A stretch of DNA of 38,249 nucleotides from a virus (IMGVR_UViG_3300027804_000115:1-38249); one strand, 5' to 3'; counted from the stretch's first letter, positions 18,088-28,898 are shown. Notes: generated by a model from the letters alone, not told the origin. Made by a program: numbers and translations.

Positions 18088-20051
18088 TGCCATTCCAATC
18101 GTCAGAGTCTCTCGATGACCAGATCGTCCTGGACGGAAGCAACGGGTTTCCATCCGGCGTCATCACCGCCACTCGACCTGACGGCATCCCGGCCACATCC
18201 CTCGCGGATGCGGTCAACATGGACTACGACGACTTCGGCAATCTCGTCACCCGGTACGGTGCCCAGTCCATCATCGGAAACTCCCTGTCGGCCACGTGGG
18301 AGAGCATCGTCACCAACTGGGAATCCATCACCTCCTACTGGGGAAGCAGCCTTCCAACGGACATCGAGATCATCTCCGGTTTCTACTTCGACACGGCTGC
18401 ATCAGAGCGGATTGTCATCGCTGGATACAGCCCATCGGGAGCAACACGGCAGCTTTACGTTGGCAACCCGACGACATCGTTTGGTGCGATCCCCAGTTCC
18501 TCGTATAGCTCATCCGCTGAGTACGTGTACTTCGCCCAGCTCAACGAGAAGCTGTACTACTCCGACGGCGTTGGATCGCTGAAGTACATCAACTCATCGA
18601 ATTCACATCCGCCAATCACCGCAGGCAAGATCAGCCGGGTGGATGTGATCAACGAGGGCAACAACCACTCAACGCTTGCAACGATTGCATTCGCTGCTCC
18701 TCCAATGGGTGGCGTTACCGCAACGGGCGTTGCTGTCGTATCTGGAGACGGAAACTTGGTTGCTATCAAGATCACCAATCCGGGATCTGGATACGCCACC
18801 GGGCCAACCATCACGATCAGTCCACCCAACGGATCGCACGCTGTCGCCTACGTTTCTCTCGCTCCACCCGCCAAGCCGATCTACCTGGTGTCGCACACGC
18901 AGCGGCTCTTCTGCGCTTCAGCAGACACCACGCTGCTGCCAGATACGCTGTACTTCTCCGACATCCTCGACGGTGAATCGTGGGATCCAGCCGGCAGCGT
19001 CCGCATCGGTGGTGACGGTGATCCCATCACCGGACTCTTCTCTTGGTTCGGCTTCCGGCTGCTCGTTCTCAAGGAACGATCCATCTGGTACGTCGATGCC
19101 AATCCCTCCCAAGACCCCGCAGACTGGGAGATCGGACTCGTCTCGGGAAACATCGGGTGCGTCTCCCACCGATCCATTGTCGGTGTCGGTGCCGATGTCC
19201 TGTTCCTATCACGCGATGGCGTCCGCTCGCTCGCCCAGATCCAAGCGGGCACACAGACAGACGTTGGCCTGCCAATCTCCGCGCCCATCAAGGACATCGT
19301 TTCCAAGATCAACAGATCCAAGCTCCATCTCTGCGATGCAGTGTCCTGGAACAACCGCTACCTGCTCGCGGCCCCACTGAGCGATTTCGAGGATCTCCTC
19401 ACCGAGGATCAACTCCCTATCCTCACCGAATCCGATCAGGAAATCCTCACCGGCTCCGCAAACGCAAACAACTGCGTCCTTGTCTACCATCTGCTGGCCA
19501 AGGCTTGGATCGGTTACTGGACAAACTGGTCCGTCTCGGACTTCATCCCCACTTCGTTCTCGAGCAACGGACCCATCCTCATGTGGGGCGGAGAGGTTCT
19601 GTCGGCAAACTCGGGTTCCGGCCAGGTGTGGTCGTTCTCTGACTACCTACCAAACACACGCACCGATCCATCCCCGATCACCGCGTTCTTCGATTCCGGG
19701 TATCCTTACGAATCCCGGATCGTCACCAAGGCATACAACTTCAACGAGCCCATCCCGCAGAAGACCGGGTACAATGTTCAGTTCGCTCTGGAGAACCAGA
19801 ACTTGGATTGGACCGCTTCGTTCGACATGGCGTTCTCGACGGACATGGGCAAGACGTTTACCACGTTGGAGTCCAATGTGGACGTTGGGCCTCAGGAGCT
19901 GAAGTTCCTCAAGTCCTTCAACCTCATTTCTCGCGGTCGATGGAACAACATCCAGTTCAAGCTCAGGACATCCACGGGCATCGGTGGTCGGATGATGCCG
20001 CAGAGTATTACGACCAGCGGATTCCTCGACTCGATCAGGCCCGAGCAATGA
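18087..20051 (+). CDS. Tail nozzle (tubular protein B / P22 gp10-like beta-propeller)
   Basis: LYFSDILD..W, GDGDPITGL, LLVLKERSIW, IGCVSHRSI, FLSRDGVRSL propeller motifs. Confidence 0.82.
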   Translation: MPFQSSESLDDQIVLDGSNGFPSGVITATRPDGIPATSLADAVNMDYDDFGNLVTRYGAQSIIGNSLSATWESIVTNWESITSYWGSSLPTDIEIISGFYFDTAASERIVIAGYSPSGATRQLYVGNPTTSFGAIPSSSYSSSAEYVYFAQLNEKLYYSDGVGSLKYINSSNSHPPITAGKISRVDVINEGNNHSTLATIAFAAPPMGGVTATGVAVVSGDGNLVAIKITNPGSGYATGPTITISPPNGSHAVAYVSLAPPAKPIYLVSHTQRLFCASADTTLLPDTLYFSDILDGESWDPAGSVRIGGDGDPITGLFSWFGFRLLVLKERSIWYVDANPSQDPADWEIGLVSGNIGCVSHRSIVGVGADVLFLSRDGVRSLAQIQAGTQTDVGLPISAPIKDIVSKINRSKLHLCDAVSWNNRYLLAAPLSDFEDLLTEDQLPILTESDQEILTGSANANNCVLVYHLLAKAWIGYWTNWSVSDFIPTSFSSNGPILMWGGEVLSANSGSGQVWSFSDYLPNTRTDPSPITAFFDSGYPYESRIVTKAYNFNEPIPQKTGYNVQFALENQNLDWTASFDMAFSTDMGKTFTTLESNVDVGPQELKFLKSFNLISRGRWNNIQFKLRTSTGIGGRMMPQSITTSGFLDSIRPEQ

Positions 20052-20467
20052 CCCACGGCGCAATCAACCTGCTTCGCGAAAAGTGGGGGAACTGCCGCAA
20101 CTGGTCAGACGATCAGCTTCTCGCTTGGATGAGCTACTTCAAGGGGCGCATCGCATTCATCCAGCACGAAGGCCAGTGCGTGGGAGTCGGTGCCGTCCGG
20201 TTCATCAACGACCTATCCCAATCCGATGACTGGAAGGCCAACGATCCCCAGGGATCCATCGCATGGGTCGAGGTCGTTGTGGCCAGCAAGGAGGACGCCG
20301 TACAGTCGCTGATGAAGGTCCTGTCGAGCCGGTGCGGAAAGCACGTCACCAAGATCGGCGGACGCAACGCAGCCACCGGCAAGGTCCGCTTGTTCGATTT
20401 CGACCGTTACTGCAACCTGCTTTTCAACAAGAGGATTTCTTATGGGCGGAAGTTACAAAGCACCTGA
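20048..20467 (+). CDS. GNAT-like protein between nozzle and ejection genes
   Basis: ATGA-coupled at 20048; EGQCVGVGAVR and IAWVEVVVA strands; same position as T7 gp13-like genes. Confidence 0.55.
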   Translation: MTHGAINLLREKWGNCRNWSDDQLLAWMSYFKGRIAFIQHEGQCVGVGAVRFINDLSQSDDWKANDPQGSIAWVEVVVASKEDAVQSLMKVLSSRCGKHVTKIGGRNAATGKVRLFDFDRYCNLLFNKRISYGRKLQST

Positions 20468-21578
20468 CATGGCGGCGGCAAACCGCGAGGCGGTCTACGC
20501 CCAAACCGAAACATACCCGCTGCTGCGCGAGATCGAGGCCGCATCGCGCTTGGGTCGCAAGGGCACCTACGTCGATCCAGCCTCGGGCCAAACGAAGTCC
20601 TACGACTTCACGGGCATGTCTGACATCGACATCACCCGCGAGACCGCTCGGGAACTGGCCAAGCTGGCACCGGAACTCACCAAGGCCCAGCTCGACCTTT
20701 CAAAGGAGTACGGCACCCAGTTCGCCGAGCAACGTCGCCGGGAGCTGGAGACCGCGGATCCCGAGCGGTACAAGCTCTACGACCGTTTCCTCTCCGATCT
20801 GCGTTCCGGTGCCCGAGGCGTCGAGGAGACTGCGCCATCTGCCCCGGAGTACGAGCGGGTATCCCTGCCGCAGGAACTGCGCGACACCGGGATGTCGGCC
20901 TCGATGCGTGCTGAATTGGAGCGTCAGATTGGCGGAGAACTGTCTCAGGCTGGTTCTTTGCCTCCCGGCCTGCAAAGAGCCACAGAGCAGGCATTGCGTG
21001 CGCGTGGAGCGGCTTCTGGCAACATCCTCGGCAATGCGTCCGCGCTCCGGGAAGCACTCGGTGTTTCGCAAGCCATCCAGCAGTCCGATACCCAACGCCG
21101 CGCCCAAGCCCTCGGTCTTCTGCAATCCGGTCAGACCACGTCCGACACGGCGAACCGCAACGCGCAGCAGTCCTTCCAGAACATCCTCGCGGCTACTGGC
21201 CAACGGAACACGGCGAACCAGCAGACGTTTGCGGGACAGATGGCAGCGCAACAGCAGCGCACCGCTGGCCGGCAGCAGAACATCGCCAACGTCCAGTCCG
21301 CTCTTGGACTTGCGCCCATCGTGTCGCAGGCCGCGCAGCTTGGCGGACTCCAGCAAGGTTCCTCGCCGTTCGCGCAGCCGCAGTACATGCAGGGAATGCA
21401 GCAGGCGGGACCGGGGCAGCTTCTGGGTCAAGGGTCGCAGTTCGCTTTGGCCAACGCCCAGGGCGAATACCAAGCGTCTCAGGCAGGCAGTCCTCTGGCG
21501 ATTACTCAGGGTGTGATCAGTGGAATCTCTGGATTGGCCAGTTCTGCCGCCAACACTCGCGCTGCTTTCCGTCCATAA
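20442..21578 (+). CDS. Internal virion (DNA ejection/pilot) protein
   Basis: MGG start; Gln/Ala/Gly-rich helical protein; typical position. Confidence 0.75.
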   Translation: MGGSYKAPDMAAANREAVYAQTETYPLLREIEAASRLGRKGTYVDPASGQTKSYDFTGMSDIDITRETARELAKLAPELTKAQLDLSKEYGTQFAEQRRRELETADPERYKLYDRFLSDLRSGARGVEETAPSAPEYERVSLPQELRDTGMSASMRAELERQIGGELSQAGSLPPGLQRATEQALRARGAASGNILGNASALREALGVSQAIQQSDTQRRAQALGLLQSGQTTSDTANRNAQQSFQNILAATGQRNTANQQTFAGQMAAQQQRTAGRQQNIANVQSALGLAPIVSQAAQLGGLQQGSSPFAQPQYMQGMQQAGPGQLLGQGSQFALANAQGEYQASQAGSPLAITQGVISGISGLASSAANTRAAFRP

Positions 21579-21590
21579 CCCAATCACATC

Positions 21591-22397
21591 ATGGCTGAAC
21601 AAAGCATTCAGGATTTGGAGCAGGCCGCGAAATACCGGCCCGGTGCCGTGTCGCAGATCGCCAACCTGCTGACGGGCGGGTTGTACGGAATGGCTTCCGG
21701 TACGACCGCGAAGAGTGTTGATGCCGCGACTGCGAGAAAGTTCCTGTTGGAAAATCGGATGCAGGACATCCAGCAGCAACGGATGCTCGAAAGGATCAAC
21801 AGGAATCGAAGCGAGTCGATGACCAATGAGCTTCTCAGGATTGCCGAGCAAGAGAAGGCGACTGAGGAGAGGCAGAAGAAGATCGATCAAGGAAAGCGCG
21901 AGCAGAAGCGTCCAGAGATGACCGGGTATCTTCAGGCTCAACCCGGCTATTCTGTTGGAGAACCTGACATCGACACACTGGAGTCGATGTATTCTCAGGC
22001 GAAGGCCGAGGAAGCCCAGCGCGAGGATGCCGCCAAGAGGAAGTCTGGATACATCCAATTCAATGTTCCTGGAGTCGGTACGTTTAGCGGAACTCCAGAG
22101 AATTTGGCCGAGATGGGAAAGTCCAACCCATTGTTGGCCGACGTGATGTCTGGAAAAACGAAGCCAGAGGAAGAAGAGTACAACGAGACATACAGCCAAG
22201 ATCAACTGACCCAAGAAATTGTTCCTCGGGTGTCATTCAGGAAGGGAGTCACACGTGAAAGGAAAAATGAAATCCTCGCGGAGGTGTTTGGAACAAGATT
22301 GCCATCGGCAGCTCCAAAGCCCGCACCCGGAGCCCCAGCGCAACCTGTCCAACCTCAACCGATTTCGATTCCAGGCTACACGCTCAAGGTGAAGTAG
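21591..22397 (+). CDS. Internal virion protein
   Basis: Helical, Pro-rich C-terminus; lies between ejection genes. Confidence 0.65.
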   Translation: MAEQSIQDLEQAAKYRPGAVSQIANLLTGGLYGMASGTTAKSVDAATARKFLLENRMQDIQQQRMLERINRNRSESMTNELLRIAEQEKATEERQKKIDQGKREQKRPEMTGYLQAQPGYSVGEPDIDTLESMYSQAKAEEAQREDAAKRKSGYIQFNVPGVGTFSGTPENLAEMGKSNPLLADVMSGKTKPEEEEYNETYSQDQLTQEIVPRVSFRKGVTRERKNEILAEVFGTRLPSAAPKPAPGAPAQPVQPQPISIPGYTLKVK

Positions 22398-22403
22398 GTC
22401 GCT

Positions 22404-25400
22404 ATGCCAATCTACGAAGTCACGCAGGACTCAACGGGTATCACGATTGAGATGGATGGCGAAAAGCCACCCTCTCAAGACGATGTCCTGAAGGCTTTTG
22501 CTGCGGTTGGCAGAGCCAAGAATCCAGAGGCTGAAACGATTGGAGCAGCTCCAACTGTATTTGAGCGGATCAAGGAGGTTGCTCCATCGTTCGCACGGGT
22601 GGCCACGCCTCTTGCAGGAATGCCATCCGTTCAGGATGTCCAGACTGTGACAAGGTCTGTTCGTCAGGCTTTGGAACCAGAGCCAAAGCCGGGAGGCACG
22701 CGATTGGATCGCGAAGGAATCATGGCTCTCCTGAGCGCATCTCCCGAAAAGCGAGAAGCGGGCAAGCGCATCGGTGAATCAATCGGTGGAGTTGTTGGAC
22801 CCAAGACTGCGGCTGCAACTGGTGTGCTTGGTCAGGTGGCTGCCGATCTGTTGACTCCGGTAAACGTGGCCACGCTTGGAACTCTTGGTGCCGCAAGACA
22901 GGCAGCAAGGCTTCCAGTCACTCTTGGCAGGATTGGCGAATCTGTCCTCGCTGCCGATGTGGCTGCTGCTGCAAACGCAGCGAAGATTTCCCGAGGTGCT
23001 GAACTCGGTCTTGCTGCGGCGTTCACTCCTCAGGTGGCTTCCGGGGCAGCACAGTCCACAGCGGGTGCAGTGGATGTGTTTCTGGACAAGGACTCCACAC
23101 CGGAAGACAAGGTCAGAGCCGCAACCGAGGCGTCAGTTTCGCTTCTGATGACGGCGGCTCTTGCTGGTGGTCTGAAGAGTGGATCTTCCAAGAGTGCATC
23201 AGAATACGTTCGCTCACTTGAATCATTGGCCGACAAGAAGGTCGGAATCGAAAAGGGACTGGAGAACTTGGAGCTGGCCAGGGTCGAGTTGGATGCTCTT
23301 CAGGCAACGCTTCCAAAGGAGAGAACCACTCCCATCTCGGACCAGCAGTTGCAAATTGAGAAGTCGATTGCGACGACCAAGCAGCTTGTTGATCAAGCTC
23401 TCCGCGAGGCCCAAAGCAAGATCGTCACCGGAGAACAGACTGCCATTGAAAAGCTCAAGGCTCAGGACGTTGAACTCTCCGTTCCAGAGCAGATCGGGGA
23501 AGGAGCAAGGGAATCCGTTCAGCCCGCTCTTCCTGTTGAAGAACCGGCGACACCGCTGAAGACGGCGGAGCAAATGATTTCAAGCCGGGTTGAACCCGCG
23601 TTTGAACAACCTGTTGTCGAGGCTCCAGTAGAGTCCACTCCACTCAGATCCGTTGACGACATCCTGACAGAACAGATGCGTCGAAGGACGGCAGCCAGAA
23701 TGGCCGAGCAGCTTGAGTCCGGTACTGGCGTCGTTGATCCAGCGGTCGTCTCCAGAAAGATGATTGAGAGGGCTCTCGGAATCGGTAGGGAACCAGTCGG
23801 ACAAGCTGCCGGTGAAAGCCTGATCATCCGCGAAGCAGCAGAGGTTGCGAAGGAAAAGGCACTCGGAAAATATCGCAAGAAGGCAGAGACGACGGCAGAG
23901 AAGTTGGAAGGTCTGCGAACCGAGGTTGAAGCCGGTCTCGGCGCAAACCCGTTCCCGCAAATGATGGGCACAGCATGGAACGGTGCGATCAACGTCGCCC
24001 AGGCATTGATCCGTGCAGGCGGTTCCGTGGCCGACGCCATTGCAGCAGGTCTGGATTACGCCCGGAAGAACTTCGACGGCAAGTTCGACGAGACAGAGTT
24101 CGGTAGACAGCTCGGATCCACGATCCTTAAGCCTTCAGCGATCAAGACCGAAGCCGGGATGAAGCCCCGCAGTTTCGCTGAAAGGGCAGCAGCCGCACCC
24201 GGTGTGCCCCCAGTGATTCGCGAGGCAATCGCCGCGTCTCCAGAGGCTTCCTACAAACCGCAGAACGTCGAATCCGTTGTGCGTCAGGTTTCCAATCTGA
24301 CCGATGCACAGATCGAGGCTGACATCGCAAACGCCAAGTCGAACACGCGAGTCGCTTCTGCGATGGAGAAGTTCAGCCGGCAGATCAATTCAGGGGATCA
24401 GGCGGGAGCCACAGAGACGGCTCTTGCAATGTCGAAGAGCGGAACCACTTGGGGCCAACTGATCAACCAGTTCAAGCTGCTGAAGTCCTCCACAAGGGAA
24501 GGCGTTGTCACCCTGGTTGGAAAGGCCATGGCTGAAGAGAAGCGGCGTCCGATGACTCCAGAGCAGGCCAAGGTTCTTGGCGATGCGATGGAGATCTTCA
24601 GGAAGTCGAACGATTCCATTGATTCCATCCAGTTCAGGCTCAAGGAGGCTGCGGACACCGGCAACGACAATGCGTTCAAGATCAACAGCGGACTGCTCGA
24701 TCTCGCCAAATCGATCAACGACCAAGCCAGCGTCGATCTGAATCAAACCATTGCGAGGTTGAACCCGTCTTCCGCTGCGGATCTGTTCATTGCGCTGGTT
24801 CAGGGCTCCGTGATGGCTCCGATCTCAATCGTCAGGAACATCGTTGGAAACACGATCAACATTCCGTTGCGCGAAGCTTCTGACATCACGGCTGCTGGTA
24901 TTGATTCCGCACTGCGTGGAGGAAAGAACAACAGCTACAGCATCAAGAGCCGCACGGTTGATCGCGTAAAGTCGTTCTACAATTCACTTCCGCAGGCCGC
25001 AAAAGTGATCGTCAAGGGATCCGAGGCGATGCCCTACGAAATCGGATCGGATGTCGGAAATCCGCTGAACTTCACGCGGGCATGGAAGAATCTGGCAGAT
25101 GCAATGGCAGGCCAGTACGAGAACGCCCCAATCGCACGGAACATTGTCGAGGCTACCATCGGCGCGATTCCCGATATCACGCTGCGCTTTGCACAAGCGA
25201 CCGACATTCCATTCCGTTCTGCTGAAAGAGCGCGGATTGTTTCCGAGATCGGAAAACAGAAGGGGTTGTCGGAAGCGCAGGTCAAGGTGGCCCTCAAGAA
25301 GCCAGAGCTTTACTTGGTCACAGACGAAGCCGCAGCCAACGGGGCGAAAGGATTCACCGAGGCGGACTTGGCGGCGATTGAGTTTGAATCCGCAAGAGCG

Positions 25401-26720
25401 GTCTATCAGCAAGACAACGCCGCGACTGAAGCCATTGCAGGCATCAATCGGTTCATCAAAGAGAAGCTTGGACCGTATGGGTACATCCCGTATCGGCTTG
25501 TATCGCTCTTCCAGAAGACTCCCATCAATGTCGCTGCTGAAGCTCTTTCGTTCACGCCCGCTGGCATCCTGAGAAAGTGGAGCAAGATGTCGAAGCGGGA
25601 GCAGAACCAAGCTGTCTCAAAGCTTGTCATCGGAACTGTGGTGTCCGGTGCGTTCTCGTACCTCTACGACAAGGGTGTCGTCTCAGCGAACCTTGATACT
25701 CCCGGTGAAACGAACAAGGCGAGGAAGCTGGCAAAGTCTGGCGGCATCCTTCCACCAGGCACGATCAACGTCAGCGGGTTGCGCCGGTTGCTTTCAGGGG
25801 GGAATCCAGCATTCAAGGCTGGCGATGAAGTGAAGGATCTCAATGCGCTTGGAGTGGCAGGCGCGTTGGCCATCATGGTGGGATCAGCAAAGCGTATCCA
25901 AGAGCGCAGTCGGGAAGACGTGTCAGACCTGACTGCTGTTGGAATGGGTGCGGCTTTGAGCGGTATCAACTTCATCATGGAGCAGCAGTTCCTCAAGGGA
26001 ACCAGCGACTTCATCAAGCTGCTTTCCCAAGAGGGTGGAAATGCGCTGGACCGATGGATCAAGAGCGTCGCTGTAACCGCTGCCAGCCCACTTGCTCCAA
26101 ACATCCTCGGATCATTCCGGCGTGCAGAACGCGAGACCATCCCGGCCATCGGTGGCGAAGGGTTCTTCAAGGATGCGGTCAATGAGCTGAACCAACGGTA
26201 CGCAGCACTTGGCCTGCAAATCCCAGGAACCAAGGATCCCAACGCCATGCCGGCCATGCGGGATCTTTGGGGAGAGAAGGTGTTGCAGACTCCCAAGAGT
26301 GAGAACCCTTTCATCTACAACTTCTTGGATGCGTGGAAGAGTCGAGAGATCGAAGCGGATCCGTTGAACGCTTCCATCTATCGAGCTTGGCGATCCACCG
26401 CAGACAACGACGCCATACCGTCAGTTCCGAATCCCAAGCTCCAGTTCGGTGGAAAGAGCTACGACAGGATGACCCCGGAACAGTTTGATCGGTTCTCCGA
26501 GCTTGTCGGCAAAAACAGGCGGACGTTCGCGGAGATGGTCTTCATGTCCGGCTCCTACCAGAATGGCGGAAACGACAGGAAGATCGCTCTTCTCAAACGA
26601 GCCTACGACAAGGGATTGCTGGTTGGTAAGGCCCAGTTCATGAAGGAACTGAGGCAGTCTGGAGAAACCCTTCCGCTGGTTTCTGAACGGCGCGGATTCC
26701 AAGAAACGTCCCCAGAATAG
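22404..26720 (+). CDS. Large internal virion (ejection) protein, 1438 aa
   Basis: Last and largest gene of the virion block; Ala-rich hydrophobic N-terminal part; C-terminal FQKTPIN and RDLWGE motifs. Confidence 0.75.
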   Translation: MPIYEVTQDSTGITIEMDGEKPPSQDDVLKAFAAVGRAKNPEAETIGAAPTVFERIKEVAPSFARVATPLAGMPSVQDVQTVTRSVRQALEPEPKPGGTRLDREGIMALLSASPEKREAGKRIGESIGGVVGPKTAAATGVLGQVAADLLTPVNVATLGTLGAARQAARLPVTLGRIGESVLAADVAAAANAAKISRGAELGLAAAFTPQVASGAAQSTAGAVDVFLDKDSTPEDKVRAATEASVSLLMTAALAGGLKSGSSKSASEYVRSLESLADKKVGIEKGLENLELARVELDALQATLPKERTTPISDQQLQIEKSIATTKQLVDQALREAQSKIVTGEQTAIEKLKAQDVELSVPEQIGEGARESVQPALPVEEPATPLKTAEQMISSRVEPAFEQPVVEAPVESTPLRSVDDILTEQMRRRTAARMAEQLESGTGVVDPAVVSRKMIERALGIGREPVGQAAGESLIIREAAEVAKEKALGKYRKKAETTAEKLEGLRTEVEAGLGANPFPQMMGTAWNGAINVAQALIRAGGSVADAIAAGLDYARKNFDGKFDETEFGRQLGSTILKPSAIKTEAGMKPRSFAERAAAAPGVPPVIREAIAASPEASYKPQNVESVVRQVSNLTDAQIEADIANAKSNTRVASAMEKFSRQINSGDQAGATETALAMSKSGTTWGQLINQFKLLKSSTREGVVTLVGKAMAEEKRRPMTPEQAKVLGDAMEIFRKSNDSIDSIQFRLKEAADTGNDNAFKINSGLLDLAKSINDQASVDLNQTIARLNPSSAADLFIALVQGSVMAPISIVRNIVGNTINIPLREASDITAAGIDSALRGGKNNSYSIKSRTVDRVKSFYNSLPQAAKVIVKGSEAMPYEIGSDVGNPLNFTRAWKNLADAMAGQYENAPIARNIVEATIGAIPDITLRFAQATDIPFRSAERARIVSEIGKQKGLSEAQVKVALKKPELYLVTDEAAANGAKGFTEADLAAIEFESARAVYQQDNAATEAIAGINRFIKEKLGPYGYIPYRLVSLFQKTPINVAAEALSFTPAGILRKWSKMSKREQNQAVSKLVIGTVVSGAFSYLYDKGVVSANLDTPGETNKARKLAKSGGILPPGTINVSGLRRLLSGGNPAFKAGDEVKDLNALGVAGALAIMVGSAKRIQERSREDVSDLTAVGMGAALSGINFIMEQQFLKGTSDFIKLLSQEGGNALDRWIKSVAVTAASPLAPNILGSFRRAERETIPAIGGEGFFKDAVNELNQRYAALGLQIPGTKDPNAMPAMRDLWGEKVLQTPKSENPFIYNFLDAWKSREIEADPLNASIYRAWRSTADNDAIPSVPNPKLQFGGKSYDRMTPEQFDRFSELVGKNRRTFAEMVFMSGSYQNGGNDRKIALLKRAYDKGLLVGKAQFMKELRQSGETLPLVSERRGFQETSPE

Positions 26721-26735
26721 GGTACTAAAAAGTTG

Positions 26736-26765
26736 TTGGCGACAGTAGGCAACTTAAGCCAACCT
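26736..26765 (+). promoter_or_regulatory. Putative promoter of the replication operon
   Basis: TTGGCG-18 nt-CAACCT, 7 nt before GTG 26773; overlapped by the inverted pair CGACAG/CTGTCG. Confidence 0.35.
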
Positions 26766-26772
26766 GTCGTCC

Positions 26773-26940
26773 GTGAAACTTCTCCGCATTCAGGAGGTCG
26801 CAGAGCTTCTCGGGGTACACCGCGAGACGGTTCTGCGATGGATCCGCAGAGGATGGGTTCCCGTTGTCCGGGTCAATTCGCGCACGCTCCGTGTGCGCTC
26901 GGATGACATGGAAACCATCATCAAATCGATACAACGATGA
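26773..26940 (+). CDS. Excisionase/MerR-like HTH protein (55 aa, not in ORF track)
   Basis: MKLLRIQEVAELLGVHRETVLRWIRRG...RTLRVRSDD; ATGA overlap with the next gene. Confidence 0.85.
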   Translation: MKLLRIQEVAELLGVHRETVLRWIRRGWVPVVRVNSRTLRVRSDDMETIIKSIQR

Positions 26941-27707
26941 GCACAACAGCACTGACTACCACATCCGGGGAACCCCCGGTCAACGTATACGACCGGATTG
27001 CTGATCCGGTGTCGGCCACCGCTCAACTGGGCGAGTGGATTGCATCCTCCGGGATGTTCGGCTGCACCAAGATCGAGCAGGGGCACATCTTGGCACTCCA
27101 GTGCCTGGCCGAGCGGAAGTCTCCGTTCGACATCAAGAGGACGTACCACCTCATCAACGGGCAGATCTCCATGCGCTCGGACGCCATGCTCGCTGGATAC
27201 CGGCAGCGCGGTGGCAAGGTTGTCTGGAAGCAGTTCGACTCCAAGGCTGCCGTGGCTGTCTGGAAGTACGACGGCAACGAGGTCGAGATTGGTTTCAATC
27301 TTGAGGACGCCAAGGTCGCTGGACTGTGGCCTGCCAAGGCCGGGTCCGGGTGGGCCAAGGATCCCGCCGCCATGCTCCGCGCACGGTGCATTTCCAAGGC
27401 GGTGCGGATGCTCGCGCCAGAGGTCGTTATGGGCGTCTACACACCCGAGGAGGTCACTGACTTCACCACTGAGACCAAAGCCCCGCAGAACGCCAATGTG
27501 CGCGATTGGGACGCCTTGGCGAAGCTGGAGAAGGCTTTCGAGCCGGTGGAGTCCGACATCAACGCGGTCTTGTTGGCCGACGGTCGCATCAAGGAAGGCC
27601 AAACCTTCCGCGATCTGCCCGAGGACAGCATCCGCAAGCTGTCGCAGAAGCCTGACTTGCTGCTCTCCAAGATTCCCAAGCCGGTCAACGTGGAGGTGGT
27701 GGCGTGA
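26937..27707 (+). CDS. RecT/Red-beta-like single-strand annealing protein
   Basis: AGLW...W.KDPAAMLRARCISKAVRMLAPEVVMGVYTPEEV; adjacent to an exonuclease gene. Confidence 0.8.
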   Translation: MSTTALTTTSGEPPVNVYDRIADPVSATAQLGEWIASSGMFGCTKIEQGHILALQCLAERKSPFDIKRTYHLINGQISMRSDAMLAGYRQRGGKVVWKQFDSKAAVAVWKYDGNEVEIGFNLEDAKVAGLWPAKAGSGWAKDPAAMLRARCISKAVRMLAPEVVMGVYTPEEVTDFTTETKAPQNANVRDWDALAKLEKAFEPVESDINAVLLADGRIKEGQTFRDLPEDSIRKLSQKPDLLLSKIPKPVNVEVVA

Positions 27708-28471
27708 GAATCATCCACAACCTGCCAGCCGACGACTACCGCGCCATCCACGCTCTCTCCAAGAGCGGTCTGGATCAACTGGCCAAGTCGCCCATGCACT
27801 ACCAGCACTGGCTCACCAACAAGCAGGAACCCACCGAGGCGATGAAGATCGGGACCGCCGTCCACATGGCTATCCTTGAGCCCATCGAGTTCGGCAACAA
27901 GTACGGCAAGTTCACCGAAGATCGCCGTACCAAGGAAGGCAAGGCTGCCTACGAGGACTTCCAAGCCACCGGAAAGACCGCCCTCTCCTCCGACGCCTGG
28001 GATCAGATCCAAGGCATCGCCCAGTCCGTCCAGTCCAACCAGTGGTGGATGCAGAACACACGCTCCCTAAAAACGGAGGTATCCTGCATCGACCGCACTC
28101 CCGATGGGATCGACATCAAGGCCCGCATGGATGGCGTCACCAACACGCACATCCTGGACATCAAGACCACCTCGGACGCATCACCGTCCGGGTTCGCCAA
28201 AGCAATCGCCAACTTCCGATACCATTGGCAGGCAGCTTGGTATCGCAGGTTCATCGACCTGCCGTTCATCTTCATCGCCGTCGAGAAGGACGCCCCCCAT
28301 GCAGTGGGTATCTACGAGATCGACGCCGAGGCACTCGCGGTCGCCAACAACGACATCGAGACTCTCCTCAACACCTATCGGGATTGCCGGACTTACGGGT
28401 CCATGCCCGGCTATCGCTCTGAAGTCGTGACCCTTTCACTCCCAAAGTTCGTCAAACCCATTGAAGCATGA
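27704..28471 (+). CDS. RecE/exonuclease VIII-like PD-(D/E)XK nuclease (DUF3799-like)
   Basis: LSKSGL...SPMHY, GTAVHMAILEP, KARMD...DIKTT, YHWQAAWY, FIFIAVEK. Confidence 0.9.
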   Translation: MRIIHNLPADDYRAIHALSKSGLDQLAKSPMHYQHWLTNKQEPTEAMKIGTAVHMAILEPIEFGNKYGKFTEDRRTKEGKAAYEDFQATGKTALSSDAWDQIQGIAQSVQSNQWWMQNTRSLKTEVSCIDRTPDGIDIKARMDGVTNTHILDIKTTSDASPSGFAKAIANFRYHWQAAWYRRFIDLPFIFIAVEKDAPHAVGIYEIDAEALAVANNDIETLLNTYRDCRTYGSMPGYRSEVVTLSLPKFVKPIEA

Positions 28472-28890
28472 AGTTCGTCGTCAATCGCAGCGAAGGTGAA
28501 ACCAAGTCGTTCACCACTCCCGGCACCTACACCGTCACCGTGGCCTCCGTCAAAGAGGGACCACTCGACCGCAACGGGAATCCCGTCTCCATCATGACCC
28601 TGCGCGGTGAGCAGGGTGAGATCATCTCGGATCGGTTCCAGCCCAAGGAGACCCAGTTCTGGCGGCTTAACCGTCTGGTCTCCATCTGCACCGTCGATCT
28701 CTCTGATGGCGAGGAGTTCGACTTCACCCGTGCGGGTGCCCTCACCAAGTTCCTTGAACGGTTCGTTGGCCAACGCATCAACATCACCATCGAGCCCGAG
28801 ACCTACGTCAAGAAGGACGGCTCCGAAGGAACCTCGATGCGCGTGCGCGGTATGGCGAAGGCCCCCGCCGCCATCGACGACGCCTTCTGA
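28468..28890 (+). CDS. Putative ssDNA-binding protein (DUF669-like)
   Basis: PGTYTVTV start, OB-like strands, acidic-aromatic tail IDDAF. Confidence 0.7.
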   Translation: MKFVVNRSEGETKSFTTPGTYTVTVASVKEGPLDRNGNPVSIMTLRGEQGEIISDRFQPKETQFWRLNRLVSICTVDLSDGEEFDFTRAGALTKFLERFVGQRINITIEPETYVKKDGSEGTSMRVRGMAKAPAAIDDAF

Positions 28891-28898
28891 TCCAAACG

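Noticed and set aside
20263-22214. Long alternative-frame and antisense ORFs over the ejection genes
   Set aside because: Compositional shadows with no recognisable domain.
26773-26940. Xis-like gene as evidence of a temperate lifestyle
   Set aside because: No integrase, att site or CI-like repressor is visible; such HTH proteins are often plain regulators.
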